Source of the DNA: Abditibacterium sp. | Lineage (GTDB): Bacteria > Armatimonadota > Abditibacteriia > Abditibacteriales > Abditibacteriaceae | DNA length: 64,000 nucleotides | NCBI GenBank assembly: GCA_965199495.1 | Contig: CBDASK010000003.1 | Coordinates: forward strand, 2,656,001-2,720,000 | Reading direction: 5' to 3' | In this document: positions 1 through 10,374 of the stretch, piece after piece | Position numbering within the stretch: the first letter of the stretch is position 1 | Layout of the letters: each line of letters begins with the position of its first letter | The notes under the pieces: model-generated | What the model saw: only the letters and a program-made list of their open reading frames with translations | The model's database searches: none | Told to the model about the DNA's origin: nothing | Translations under genes and position numbers: made by a program

Positions 1-389
1 CCAATACGGCGCTGGGCTGGGTTCTGGGATTGGGCCTGATTTTGTTCATCGCCGTCCCGATTCTGCGCGAAGCCACCGATGTAGATAACAAAGTCACCGT
101 CTACCTTTATGGCGCTTCTGTGCCGCGCTATCGCGGTTGGAGTTATGGAGGCAATATCGCCAGCGAGTGGAGCGCTGTTAATTTCATGCGCTGGACGACG
201 CTGTGGCATCCGATTTCGGCGCTTAACTACGTGCAAGAGCCAGCCAATCGCGATTTTAATGCGGCGCGCGGCGATGTTTCGACGGGCTTCTTGGTTCAAT
301 TAGTGGTTTTCGCTTTGATTGTCGGCGGCGGCTTCTGGCGATTGACGCGCGATGTCGGTCGCGACAAAGAAGTCAGCGTCGGCGGATAG
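1..389 (+). CDS. Membrane protein, 5'-truncated at the window edge (possibly ABC-type permease-like)
   Basis: The frame is open from the left edge (NTALGWVLGLGLILFIAVP...), has hydrophobic segments and stops at 389. Confidence 0.55.
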   Translation, partial: NTALGWVLGLGLILFIAVPILREATDVDNKVTVYLYGASVPRYRGWSYGGNIASEWSAVNFMRWTTLWHPISALNYVQEPANRDFNAARGDVSTGFLVQLVVFALIVGGGFWRLTRDVGRDKEVSVGG

Positions 390-428
390 CGTGATAAAGT
401 TGCCCTTTCTAAAGCGCAGGCCACTCCA

Positions 429-503
429 GCGGGGCTGACGGCCTCTTCCAATCTTGCGGTCTTTCGAGGAACTCCGCCGATTGGAAGAGGGCGTCAGCCC
501 CGC
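429..503. repeat. Intergenic palindrome, family A, copy 1
   Basis: Arms GCGGGGCTGACGGCCTCTTCCAATC (429-453) and GATTGGAAGAGGGCGTCAGCCCCGC (479-503); related copies at 40084, 41781 and 63557. Confidence 0.9.
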
Positions 504-617
504 ATGAAGCGAAGCGCCAACTTCACAAGAGACCTATTGTGTAAAAACCCGCTGACCTCGTCCTAAACTCACGAAAAGGCGCGCGTCTGCCACACTTGTC
601 AATCGTCAATTTTACCA

Positions 618-3200
618 ATGCGAAAATTCATTCCTCTTCTGGCGTTCGTCGCCATCGTGCTTCCGGCGCGCGCGCAGACCGTTCTCAAGCAAACTTTGCC
701 CAACGGCCTCACCGTTTTGGCGACGCCAGATCACGCCGCGCCCGTCGTGGCTGTGCGCGTTTATGTGCGCACCGGCTCGATTTACGAAGGCAAATATTTG
801 GGCGCCGGTCTGTCGCATTTGTTTGAACACACGCTGTTCGAGGGCACGAAAACCCGCGATAAAGTCGTCATCAACGACGAGTTGCAGGCGATTGGCGGCC
901 AATCGAACGCTTACACTTCTTACGATGTGACGGCTTACCACGTCACGACAGCCAAGCCTTATTTCGCGCGCGCGACCGGCATCTTAGCCGACATGATGCG
1001 CAACGCGACCTTTCCCGAAGCCGAAGTCAAAGTGCAGCAGGGCGTCATTCACAACGAGATGAACTTGGGCGAGGACAACCCGGATCGTGCCGTTTCAGAA
1101 CTGTTCGACCAGACCGCGTTTCGCGTGCATCCGGCGCGCTATCCGGTCATCGGTTATCCGGCACAATTCGATGCGCTTACGCGCGACGACATCCTGAGTT
1201 ATTACAAATCGCATTACACGCCCGATAACGCCATTGTTTCGGTTGCGGGCGATGTGGACGCCAAAACGATTTTTGCTACGGTGAATAAAGAGTTCGGCGA
1301 CTGGCAACGCGGCGCCGCGCAAACGCCGGTTTTGCCGACAGAACCGCCGCAAAGTTCGCCGCGCACTGCGACCGAGCAGATGCCGGTGAACCTGACTTAT
1401 CTGCAAATGGGCTGGCACACGATTCCCTTGCAAAACCCCGATTTGTATGCGCTCGATACGCTCTCGCAAATCTTTGGCGGCGGCGATTCGAGTCGCCTGC
1501 AACTCGAAATTTTGCAGCGCCGCAATTTGGTCAATTCCATCTCGTCGTATTCGGCTACGCCCAACTACGATGCTGGCGTTTTCGCGGTTTCGGCGACGAT
1601 GCCGCCCGCCAACTTGGCTAAAGTCGAAGCGGCTATCAAAACTCAAGTCGCGCTGATTAAGAAAAATGGCGTGACCGACGCCGAATTGGCGCGCGCCAAA
1701 CGGCAAATCAAAACCGCGTTCGCCTTTGGCAAAGAGGATGTCGAAAGCCTCGCCGAGCAGGCCGCCTTCGACGAAATGGGAACCGGCGATCCCAACTATT
1801 CCAAACGCTACGTCGCCAATATCGAGAAAGTCAGCGCCGCGCAGGTCAAGCAAATGGCGCTCAAATACTTAAAAGATGACGGTTTAACGACGGCTGTTGT
1901 CGAGCCGAAAACGGAAAACAAGCCAGCGGCAGTAGCAGCCACGGCGCCCAAACAAACAATTGGCGCGCCGACTTTGACGGTCTTGCCCAACGGCGTAAAG
2001 TTATTAGTGCGCCCCAATCCGCTCAATCCAACGGTTTCGATTGTCGCGGCGGGGCTAGGCGGTTTGCGCCTCGAACCCGCCGACAAAGCGGGCCTCGCCT
2101 CGCTGACGGCGAGTCTGCTGACGCGCGGCACGACAAAGCGCAGCGCCGAACAAATCGCCGAATTGGTGGACGATTTGGGCGGCAGTTTTGATAGCATTTC
2201 GGGCCAAAACTCGTGGGTGATGCAGAGCCAGTGGCTCAAAGAAGATTGGCAGCGCGGCCTAAACCTAACCGCCGAATCGTTGCTGACGCCAACATTTCCG
2301 GCTGATGAGTTTGCCAAAGAAAAAGCGCAATTCGTCAGCGCGATTGGCGCGCAGGAAGACGACCCGATGGACGCCGCCGCGCTCGAAATGCGCCGCCTCT
2401 ATTTTGGCGATCATCCCTATGGTCGCCCGACGACCGGCACTTTAAAAACCATCGAGAAATTGACGCCTGCCGATGCGGCCAATTATTGGAAGCGCGTTTT
2501 GCAGCCGCAAAATACCGTCGTCGCGGTTTATGGCGATGTCAAACCCGCCGATGTCGAGAAGTTGACGGCTTATCTGCTGGGCAACTTCAAGGCGCGGGGC
2601 GAGAAATTAGCCGCGCCGCCCGCACCCAAAATTCCGGCCAAAATGCTCGAACGCGACATCAGCAAAATGGGCGTCACGCAAACCGCGATGTGGTATGGTT
2701 TTCCGGCGATTAACATCGCTAATCCCGACCGCTACGCCATTGACGTGTTGGACGCGGCGATGTCGGGCGCCGATTTGCCGGGCGGACGCGTCTTCGCCAA
2801 ACTGCGTGACGCCGAATTGGTTTACGTTTATCACGCCTACGATGCGCCCGGCCTCGATCCCGGCGTCTTCGTGATGTATGCGGCCACGACCAAGGAAAAC
2901 GCGCCCAAAGCGCGCGCGGTTATTGACGAAGAAATCCAGAAAGTGCGCGATACTCAGATTTCACCCGCCGAATTGGAACGCGCCAAATCGATGATGATTT
3001 CGGAGCAAGCCATTGACCTGCAAAGCAACTCTTCTCAGGCGCTGAGTGACGCGACCAACGAGTTATATGGTTTGGGCTATCGCAAAGACGAAGATTACGC
3101 CGCGAAAATCAACGCGGTTTCGTTGGCGGATGTGCAACGCGTCGCGCAGAAATATCTGACGCCAGAACATAGCGTTTTGGCGATTGTCGGACCGAAATAA
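618..3200 (+). CDS. Secreted M16 (pitrilysin/PqqL-like) zinc peptidase with two fused modules
   Basis: Signal peptide; inverted zinc motif HLFEH; NAYTSYD motif; a second M16 module starting LPNGVKLLV lacks HxxEH. Confidence 0.9.
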   Translation: MRKFIPLLAFVAIVLPARAQTVLKQTLPNGLTVLATPDHAAPVVAVRVYVRTGSIYEGKYLGAGLSHLFEHTLFEGTKTRDKVVINDELQAIGGQSNAYTSYDVTAYHVTTAKPYFARATGILADMMRNATFPEAEVKVQQGVIHNEMNLGEDNPDRAVSELFDQTAFRVHPARYPVIGYPAQFDALTRDDILSYYKSHYTPDNAIVSVAGDVDAKTIFATVNKEFGDWQRGAAQTPVLPTEPPQSSPRTATEQMPVNLTYLQMGWHTIPLQNPDLYALDTLSQIFGGGDSSRLQLEILQRRNLVNSISSYSATPNYDAGVFAVSATMPPANLAKVEAAIKTQVALIKKNGVTDAELARAKRQIKTAFAFGKEDVESLAEQAAFDEMGTGDPNYSKRYVANIEKVSAAQVKQMALKYLKDDGLTTAVVEPKTENKPAAVAATAPKQTIGAPTLTVLPNGVKLLVRPNPLNPTVSIVAAGLGGLRLEPADKAGLASLTASLLTRGTTKRSAEQIAELVDDLGGSFDSISGQNSWVMQSQWLKEDWQRGLNLTAESLLTPTFPADEFAKEKAQFVSAIGAQEDDPMDAAALEMRRLYFGDHPYGRPTTGTLKTIEKLTPADAANYWKRVLQPQNTVVAVYGDVKPADVEKLTAYLLGNFKARGEKLAAPPAPKIPAKMLERDISKMGVTQTAMWYGFPAINIANPDRYAIDVLDAAMSGADLPGGRVFAKLRDAELVYVYHAYDAPGLDPGVFVMYAATTKENAPKARAVIDEEIQKVRDTQISPAELERAKSMMISEQAIDLQSNSSQALSDATNELYGLGYRKDEDYAAKINAVSLADVQRVAQKYLTPEHSVLAIVGPK

Positions 3201-3246
3201 ATTTGAGATTTTATTCAATGTTACGGCGTTGAATTGAATCAAGAAC

Positions 3247-3427
3247 GAATGGATTATGACTCCCACCCCCACTGCCTTCGGCATCTCCCCCTCCGAGAGG
3301 GGAAGAATGCCTCAGTTATCTTGCGGCTTCGCATTTACAAAGTAAGTTCTGAAACGCAATTCGGCATTCTTCCCCTCTCGGAGGGGGAGATACCGAAGGC
3401 AGTGGGGGTGGGAGTCATAATCCATTC
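3247..3427. repeat. Intergenic long inverted repeat, family C, copy 1
   Basis: 65-bp arms 3247-3311 and 3363-3427 with one mismatch; core shared with 21872-22100. Confidence 0.95.
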
Positions 3428-3510
3428 AAACTTCAGTTGATACCATGAAGTTGATTTTCGATGAAATCGCGCCCAACGCCAAACCAACCGCGTTTGTATC
3501 GTAAAATTAA

Positions 3511-5808
3511 ATGGTCGCCGCGAATAATCCCGAATTCCCGCGACTTTTGCTGATGCCGTTGACCTTTTTGCAATATATTACGCCCTCTCGATTGGCGGGC
3601 GCCGAATATTTTTTCCTGCGCGTCATTTCCCATCTGGCCAACTGCGGACATCGCGTCATCGTCGTCACCAAGCGCGATACGCCGCTCCGCGCCGAAATCG
3701 AGAAGATTAATCATCCCAATATCGTTTTGCACGCCTGGCACACGCACGGCAAAATTGATCCGGCGACGCTGGGCAAACTCTGCCGATTAATCCGCGACGA
3801 GCGCGTGGACATCATCAACACGCATTTGACGACGGCTTCGTGGCAGGGCGCACTGGCGGGCAAAATCACCGGCGTGCCCACCGTGGCTGTTGTTCACGCG
3901 ACCGACCGCAAAACTTGGTTTCAATATGCCGATTACCTCATCGCGGTTTCGGCGGGCGTCAAAAAAGCGCTCATCGAACAGGGCATCGAACCGGCGAAAA
4001 TCGAGGTTTTGTATCACGGCATTGACCTCGACGAATACATCGCACCGCTCGATGGCGCGGCGGCCAAAGTCGCTCTGGGTTTGCCCGCCGAGGCGCGCAC
4101 CGTGGGCGTCGTCGCGTCGCTGATTCCGCGCAAAGGTCACCGGTTTTTGCTGGAAGCACTGAAAAATTTGGAGACCAAAGTCGGCTCGGTTCACGCCTTA
4201 TTTGCGGGCGAAGGCGAATTAGAAGCCGAACTACGCGCCCAAGCGCGCGAAATGGGATTGGGCGCGCGCGTGCATTTCTTGGGGTTTCGCCGCGATATTC
4301 CCGAAATCGTGTGCGCGATGGACGCGTTCGTTTTGCCCTCGCTCAAAGAGGGTTTATCTATCGCCGTAATGGAAGCAATGGCGCTGGAAAAGCCGGTTGT
4401 CTGTTCGGCCATCGCCGGGTTGCCCGAAGTCGTGCGCGATGGGCAAACCGGGTTTCTGGTGCCGCCCGGCGACAGCGCCGCTTTGTGTAACGCGCTCGAA
4501 CGTTTGTTCGCCGACGAAAATCTGTGCCAGCAACTGGGCCACAACGCGCGCTGTTTTCTGGAAGAACACTTCGAGCAAACCGCCTGTCTCGACGCGATGG
4601 AAGCCTATTTTCGCCGCACTGTCGCCGCGCACAACTTGCAACAAACGCCTGTTCGCGTTGCGCCCGCGTTTGGCGCGGCGCCCTCAGACGACGCTAAACA
4701 TCTCGAATTGGGCGACCAACCATTGCGCATTGTGCAACTCATCGCGCCCTCGAAAATCGCGGGCGCCGAGCGGTTGACGGTTTCGCTGTGCGGCGGGCTG
4801 TCGCAGGGCAGCCACGTCGTGTGGTTGCTAATCAAGCAAAACCACGAATTAGTCGAAATCGCGCGCCACGAAGGTGTGGACGCGCGCCCTTTGCGGTTCG
4901 CGGGCAAGCTCAATTTGCTGGCGGTTGGCCGTCTGGCGCGCTGGTTCAGGCGGCACAATGTGGACATCGTCGCGACGCAACTTTCGACGGCGAGTCTGTG
5001 GGGCACGCTCGCCGCGCGTTGCGTGGGCGTGCCGAGCGTGGCGACGGTTCACGCGCTCAACTCGAAAACGTGTTACGTTTACGCCAATCGCATCATCGCG
5101 GTTTCGCACGCGGTCAAAGCGCATTTGGTCGGGCAGGGCATCGCCGCCGATAAAATTCGCGTGGTCTATAACGGCATAGATTTCACCCCGTTTGTTCCGC
5201 CCGCCGACGCCCACGCGGTCAAAATCGCCAAACTCGCCGCCGGTCTGCGCGCTGATGCTTTGGTCGTTGGCGTCGTGGCGCATCTGACGGCGAAAAAAGG
5301 CCACAAATGGTTCATCAACGCCGTCGCGCCTTTATTAAAAACCTTCCCGAATTTGCAAATTTTGTTCTTGGGCGAGGGCGCTCAACTCGAAAATTTACAA
5401 CAACAAATCCGCGATTTAAATCTCGAAAAACGTTTTGTTTTCGCGGGTTTTCACGCCGATGTCGTGCCGTGGATGAGCGCGCTCGATGTTCTGGTTTTGC
5501 CGCCTTTGTCCAAAGAAGGTTTTGGCCGCGTTTTGGTCGAAGGCGGCGCGATGGGTTTGCCGGTTATCGGCACCGATATCGGCGGTATCGGCGAAGTGAT
5601 CGTTCATGGCGAAACCGGCTTTGTCATCGCGCCCGAAGATGCGAACGGTCTGCAAACCGCGCTTTCGGCGCTGTTGGACGACGCGAATTTGCGTAAACAA
5701 ATGGGCGCTGCCGGGCGCGCGCGCGCGCTAAGCGAATTTAGCCGCGAGAAAATGATCGAGCAGACCGAGCGGGTTTACCGCGAACTTCTGGCGCAAACCA
5801 AAGTTTAA
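3511..5808 (+). CDS. Tandem double GT4 (GT-B) glycosyltransferase; start may be 3553
   Basis: Two complete GT4 modules, each with GAE and EG(L/F)...(M/V)E motifs (SLKEGLSIAVMEAMA; SKEGFGRVLVEGGAMG). Confidence 0.9.
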   Translation: MVAANNPEFPRLLLMPLTFLQYITPSRLAGAEYFFLRVISHLANCGHRVIVVTKRDTPLRAEIEKINHPNIVLHAWHTHGKIDPATLGKLCRLIRDERVDIINTHLTTASWQGALAGKITGVPTVAVVHATDRKTWFQYADYLIAVSAGVKKALIEQGIEPAKIEVLYHGIDLDEYIAPLDGAAAKVALGLPAEARTVGVVASLIPRKGHRFLLEALKNLETKVGSVHALFAGEGELEAELRAQAREMGLGARVHFLGFRRDIPEIVCAMDAFVLPSLKEGLSIAVMEAMALEKPVVCSAIAGLPEVVRDGQTGFLVPPGDSAALCNALERLFADENLCQQLGHNARCFLEEHFEQTACLDAMEAYFRRTVAAHNLQQTPVRVAPAFGAAPSDDAKHLELGDQPLRIVQLIAPSKIAGAERLTVSLCGGLSQGSHVVWLLIKQNHELVEIARHEGVDARPLRFAGKLNLLAVGRLARWFRRHNVDIVATQLSTASLWGTLAARCVGVPSVATVHALNSKTCYVYANRIIAVSHAVKAHLVGQGIAADKIRVVYNGIDFTPFVPPADAHAVKIAKLAAGLRADALVVGVVAHLTAKKGHKWFINAVAPLLKTFPNLQILFLGEGAQLENLQQQIRDLNLEKRFVFAGFHADVVPWMSALDVLVLPPLSKEGFGRVLVEGGAMGLPVIGTDIGGIGEVIVHGETGFVIAPEDANGLQTALSALLDDANLRKQMGAAGRARALSEFSREKMIEQTERVYRELLAQTKV

Positions 5809-5811
5809 ATT

Positions 5812-6885
5812 ATGAATTCCCCTCGTCCCCGCATTCTCATCGTTCGCCTGAGCGCCATCGGCGACTGCGTGATGGCCTCGCCCATCGCGCAGTCGTTGCG
5901 CGCGCATTTTCCCGATGCCTATATCGCGTGGGTCGTGCGCGATAAGTGCCGCGCCGTCGTCGAAAATAATCCGTATATCGACGAAATTATCCCGTGGCAC
6001 GGCGGTTTCGGCGGTTTGTGGGGCGCGCTTCGCATCGTGCACGCGCGCCGTTTTGACGTGGTTTTGGAAACGCAGGGTTTGCTCAAATCCACGCTTTTGA
6101 TGGCGCTTTCGGGGGCGCGCCAAAAGCTGGTTTCCCCGCGCTTTGGCCGCTTGGCCCGTTTGCTTTCGACACAAATTATCGAACATCCGCCCGGTTGGAT
6201 TTATCCGCCCGACCGCTATCTTTACTGGGCCAAAGCGTTGGGCGCTCCGCTCCCAGAGCGCACTAAATTGACGGTTCCGATTCAAGACGCCGACGAAAAA
6301 GCCGCTGCTGAATTTCTGCTTAAACAGAATATCGCCCCAGAAACTTTGCTCATCGGCATCAACGCTGGCTGTTCGGCGCAAAACCGCAAATGGAGCGTGG
6401 CAAACTTCGCCCAATCCGCGCAACTGCTGCGCGCCGACTTTCCCGACGCGCGTTTCGTCTTGTTCGGCGGCCCGCAAGATATTGAAGATACGGCGCAATT
6501 AATGGAACTCTTGCCCGGCGTGGCTGTTGATGCCGCCGGGCGACTTTCGCTACGCGCCAGCGCCGCTCTCATCGAAAGGTGCGCGGTTTTGCTGACCAAC
6601 GATACCGGCCCCATGCACATTTCTGTCGCCGTCGAAACGCCGGTTGTGGCGGTGTGCGGCCCCATCGCCGCCGCGCACCGTCTGCCGCTCCACGATCCTC
6701 AAACGATTCATATCGGCATCGAAGCCAACGCGGGTTGCCGTCCGCCCAACCGGCGCAAATGCGACAAAAACCAGAGTTGCGCCTGTCTGGCGGCGATTGC
6801 GCCCGCGACGGTCGCCCTCGCGGCGCGGCGCGCCATCGAAAGTTCGCTCGAATCCAAAATGGCGCCCGCCCCAAGCCAGACATAA
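5812..6885 (+). CDS. GT9 ADP-heptose:LPS heptosyltransferase (WaaC/WaaF-like)
   Basis: RILIVRLSAIGD N-terminal motif; NDTGPMHIS motif. Confidence 0.9.
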   Translation: MNSPRPRILIVRLSAIGDCVMASPIAQSLRAHFPDAYIAWVVRDKCRAVVENNPYIDEIIPWHGGFGGLWGALRIVHARRFDVVLETQGLLKSTLLMALSGARQKLVSPRFGRLARLLSTQIIEHPPGWIYPPDRYLYWAKALGAPLPERTKLTVPIQDADEKAAAEFLLKQNIAPETLLIGINAGCSAQNRKWSVANFAQSAQLLRADFPDARFVLFGGPQDIEDTAQLMELLPGVAVDAAGRLSLRASAALIERCAVLLTNDTGPMHISVAVETPVVAVCGPIAAAHRLPLHDPQTIHIGIEANAGCRPPNRRKCDKNQSCACLAAIAPATVALAARRAIESSLESKMAPAPSQT

Positions 6886-6950
6886 ATAAACTTCGCGGCG
6901 CCTAAAACTCGCCGCGCAAATAAACTGACGAGCGCGCTTCCATTGCATTA

Positions 6951-8327
6951 ATGTCCCTCATTCCTTCTTCCCTTCAAATTCGCGGCAAAACCCTGCTCAA
7001 AGAAGTCGCGCGTCTGGAGTGGCCGTTTGTCAGGCGCGCTTCAAACGCGGATGAATTTGATACAGCAGAGTTAGCAGCTCCAAAACGCCACTTCATCCGA
7101 GCCGATGCCCACCCGGATGAATTTGATACAGCAGAGTTAGCAGCCACGCCCAACCGGTTGTCACACAGTTTTCAGTTGTTTTCCAAACGCCACAACAATC
7201 GAATCAAATCTCACAGCGCGCCCGATGCTGCGCTCGAATTGGATGAGAAACCGCTCCGCATCGTGCAATTGATCGCGCCCTCGAAAATCGCGGGCGCCGA
7301 GCGTTCGACGGTTTCGCTCTGTCGCGGCCTGAGCGCGCGCGGTCATCGCGTTTCGCTGTTGGTGAAATATAGCCACAACTTGCTGGAAACCGCGCGCGAC
7401 GAAGGCGTGGACGCCAGTTCGATGCGCTTTGCGGGCAAGCTCAATCTGCTGGCGGTCAGTCGTCTGGCGCGCTGGTTTCGGCGTAACGATGTGGACATCG
7501 TGGCAACGCAACTTTCGACGGCGAGTTTGTGGGGGACTCTGGCCGCGCGCTATATTGGCGTGCCTTCTGTGGCGACGGTGCGCGCGCTCAACTCGAAAAC
7601 TTGTTACGTTTACGCCGACCGCATCATCGCGGTTTCGCACGCCGTGAAAGAGCATTTGGTCGAGCAGGGCGTTGAGCGGGGCAAAATTCGCGTGGTTTAT
7701 AACGGCGTTGACCTACAAAAATTCGTGCCGCCCGCCGATAGAAACGCTTGCAAAAACGCGTTGGGTTTGTCAGTCGAAACGTTGTTAATCGGCGTTGTCG
7801 CGCATTTAACGGCGAAAAAAGGCCACAAATGGTTTTTGGATTCCGTCGCGCCATTATTCGCTCAATTCCCCGATTTGCGCGTCGTTTTTTTGGGCGAAGG
7901 CGAAGAACGCGCCAATTTGCAGCAGCAGTTGCACGCATTGGGCTGCGAAAACCGCGTGATTTTCGCGGGTTTTCACGGCGACGTGATTCCGTGGATGGCC
8001 GCGATGGACGCCTTGGTTTTGCCGCCGATTGCCAAAGAAGGCTTTGGTCGCGTGTTGGTCGAAGCGGGCGCGATGAGCATTCCCGTTATCGGCAGCGACA
8101 TCGGCGGCATCAACGAAGTGATCGTGCCGGGCGAAACCGGATTTTTGGTCGCGCCCGGCGATGAAAATGCGTTGCGACACGCGGTGAAATCGTTATTGGA
8201 CGCCGCCGATTTGCGTGAAAAAATGGGCGCGTGCGGACGCAAACGCGCGCTGAGCGAATTCAGCCAAGAGTGCATGGTCGCCAACACCGAACGAGTTTAT
8301 CGCGAATTGTTGGCGGAGCGCGCGTGA
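6951..8327 (+). CDS. GT4 glycosyltransferase, close paralog of the C-terminal module of 3511-5808
   Basis: PLRIVQLIAPSKIAGAER ... KEGFGRVLVEAGAM; preceded by an N-terminal extension of about 100 aa. Confidence 0.88.
   Translation: MSLIPSSLQIRGKTLLKEVARLEWPFVRRASNADEFDTAELAAPKRHFIRADAHPDEFDTAELAATPNRLSHSFQLFSKRHNNRIKSHSAPDAALELDEKPLRIVQLIAPSKIAGAERSTVSLCRGLSARGHRVSLLVKYSHNLLETARDEGVDASSMRFAGKLNLLAVSRLARWFRRNDVDIVATQLSTASLWGTLAARYIGVPSVATVRALNSKTCYVYADRIIAVSHAVKEHLVEQGVERGKIRVVYNGVDLQKFVPPADRNACKNALGLSVETLLIGVVAHLTAKKGHKWFLDSVAPLFAQFPDLRVVFLGEGEERANLQQQLHALGCENRVIFAGFHGDVIPWMAAMDALVLPPIAKEGFGRVLVEAGAMSIPVIGSDIGGINEVIVPGETGFLVAPGDENALRHAVKSLLDAADLREKMGACGRKRALSEFSQECMVANTERVYRELLAERA
7048..7144 (+). 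repeat. Identical 31-bp direct repeat with a 66-bp period, inside the GT4 N-terminal extension
   Basis: CGGATGAATTTGATACAGCAGAGTTAGCAGC at 7048-7078 and 7114-7144, encoding DEFDTAELAA twice. Confidence 0.95.
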
Positions 8328-8707
8328 ATTCGCCGCCGAAACAACTGGGGAAACGCGAAATAAAACAAAACCGCGAACGCAATTGTCGGAGCCACGACAC
8401 AAACCATCACCGAAGCGACGATGTAGTTCCAACCCACAAACCCAAATGAATTTAAAAACACGACCGAAGCATCGAATAAACGGTCGGAAAAGCGGCTGAA
8501 ATTGGGAATGAAAAATAATCCTAAAATCCAAATTAGAATAAATCCAATCGAGAGAATATATTTTTTGATAATTCGATCAACGAGAAGTAAAAGCACGAGC
8601 GGAATGATAAAATAATAAACGACGATATTAATTTCGTTGTAGGTCAAACCTGTTGTTGCCGAAATTGCTTTGAGGATCAGGTAAATAACGCGAAATATAA
8701 AGTTCAT
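8297..8707 (-). CDS. AT-rich hypothetical membrane protein
   Basis: MNFIFRVIYL... starts 4 nt after the rsmB stop; 3-4 hydrophobic helices; TGLTYNEINI motif. Confidence 0.7.
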   Translation of the reverse strand: MNFIFRVIYLILKAISATTGLTYNEINIVVYYFIIPLVLLLLVDRIIKKYILSIGFILIWILGLFFIPNFSRFSDRLFDASVVFLNSFGFVGWNYIVASVMVCVVAPTIAFAVLFYFAFPQLFRRRIHARSANNSR

Positions 8708-8711
8708 CGAT

Positions 8712-9998
8712 TTATTTCGTTGGGCGCCGCCATTTGGCCGCGAACATTCCATCGGCGCCGTCGCGATGCGGCCACGTCTGCAACCAACCTTCTTCTGTTT
8801 GAACGTCTTTCATCCAATCCGGTGCGCGCTCGATTGTCCAACCGCTGCGCTGCGTAAACGCTCGCGCTTGCTCGACGTTTTCTTCGGGTTCGAGCGAACA
8901 CGTCGAATAAATTAGAGCGCCGCCGGGCACAACCAATTTTGCGGCGGCGTCCAATAGTTCGCGTTGCAATTCGACCAATTCGGCCAAGGCTTGCGGCGTT
9001 TTGCGCCATTTCGCGTCGGGGCGACGGCGCAAAGTTCCCGTTCCCAGACACGGCGCGTCGAGCAACACCAAATCGGCGGGTTCGCCGTGGCTGCTCGTGT
9101 CGCGGACATCGGCGGTTTGAACGCGCATGATCGAAATGCCCAAACGCGCCGCGTTTTCGCGCACCAATTTCAGCCGTCCCGGCGCGATGTCCACGCATTC
9201 GATGCGCCCGCGATTCTCCATCAACTGCGCGCAGTGCGTCGCTTTGCCGCCGGGCGCTCCGGCCAAATCCAATATGCGTTCGCCCGCAAGGGGCGCGGCG
9301 TAATATGCGACCAACTGCGCGGCTTCGTCCTGCACGAAAAACTCGCCGTCGTTCCAGCCGGGTAACTGCGTCGGGGCGCCGCCATCGAGCGTTATCGCGT
9401 CGGGCGATAATTGGCCCGCGCGCGCATTGGGCAAACGCGCGAGCAATGCGTCGCGCGAAATTTTCAGCGTATTGGCGCGCAAACACAAAGGCGCGCGCTG
9501 ATTATTGGCGTCCAACAATTGTCGCGTTTGCTCGGCGCCCAAATTTTTAATGTAGCGTTGCACCAGCCACTGCGGATGCGAAAATTCAATCGCCAACTGT
9601 TGCGGCAAATCGGCGGGCGCCGCGCGCCATTGCGCGGGAATGCGCCGCGCGACGGCGTTGACGAAACCGACCGCCGATTCCTTGCGCTCGTCACGCATCA
9701 AGCCCGCGTATTCGCCGACAAATCCGTGCGGCGGCGTGTTTAACACTAACTTTTCGTAAGCCGCCAAACGCAAAGCCGCGCGCACGGACGCATCGAGTTT
9801 GGCGATTGGTTTGGATAAAAGCGGTTGCAGCGTCCAGTCCAATTTGGCGCGATTGCGTTGCGTGCCCGAATAGATTTCGCGTGCAAAAGGGCGCACACCC
9901 GCGTTCAAATCGCGAAAATCGGGCGCGACCATATCGTTACTTTCGGAGCGCATCAGCGCGCGGAGCGCCATTTGTCGCGCGGCAGTTTTTGGGTGCAT
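8712..9998 (-). CDS. rsmB: 16S rRNA m5C967 methyltransferase RsmB/Sun
   Basis: NusB-like N-terminus; VQDEAAQ, LDLAGAPGGKA, LLDAPCLGTG and YSTCS motifs. Confidence 0.93.
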   Translation of the reverse strand: MHPKTAARQMALRALMRSESNDMVAPDFRDLNAGVRPFAREIYSGTQRNRAKLDWTLQPLLSKPIAKLDASVRAALRLAAYEKLVLNTPPHGFVGEYAGLMRDERKESAVGFVNAVARRIPAQWRAAPADLPQQLAIEFSHPQWLVQRYIKNLGAEQTRQLLDANNQRAPLCLRANTLKISRDALLARLPNARAGQLSPDAITLDGGAPTQLPGWNDGEFFVQDEAAQLVAYYAAPLAGERILDLAGAPGGKATHCAQLMENRGRIECVDIAPGRLKLVRENAARLGISIMRVQTADVRDTSSHGEPADLVLLDAPCLGTGTLRRRPDAKWRKTPQALAELVELQRELLDAAAKLVVPGGALIYSTCSLEPEENVEQARAFTQRSGWTIERAPDWMKDVQTEEGWLQTWPHRDGADGMFAAKWRRPTK

Positions 9999-10015
9999 AA
10001 ATCGGAGAACTTTGT

Positions 10016-10246
10016 TTAAGCGTTACTCTCGCGCTGGCTTTGCGCTTGCGCCGCTTCGATTTCAGCAGCCACGTCGCCTTGCAACGCGTGTTCGGCGCCA
10101 CTTCTGAGCGTGATATAAGTGACTTTGTATTTGCCGCGTAGAAACAGAGTTAAAGTTTTTTGTTCAATCAAAATCACATCGTTCGAATCGAATTCGACAT
10201 CATTATCGGAGTGGTAGAAAGGATCGTTAAAAACTTTATATCGCAT
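10016..10246 (-). CDS. Small hypothetical protein
   Basis: 76-aa ATG ORF filling the gap, co-oriented and 17 nt upstream of rsmB. Confidence 0.55.
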   Translation of the reverse strand: MRYKVFNDPFYHSDNDVEFDSNDVILIEQKTLTLFLRGKYKVTYITLRSGAEHALQGDVAAEIEAAQAQSQRESNA

Positions 10247-10374
10247 TGTTTGGCTTAGGTTTGTAAAGTTGATTTTAAAAGTGCGTAATCCGAATTATCT
10301 CTTTCTATGATCGAGATTAAAGCAAAAATATTTAACCAAGGCGAAATTTTTTACCGCGTAGATAATCTTCGATT

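Noticed and set aside
618..3200. Second M16 module lacking the zinc motif considered as degeneration
   Set aside because: An active plus an inactive module is the normal architecture of M16 peptidases.
3234..3440. Short ORFs over the palindromic elements (also 21806-22090, 56151-56360, 58599-58911)
   Set aside because: They are translations of repeat DNA that read similarly on both strands, with no independent evidence of coding.
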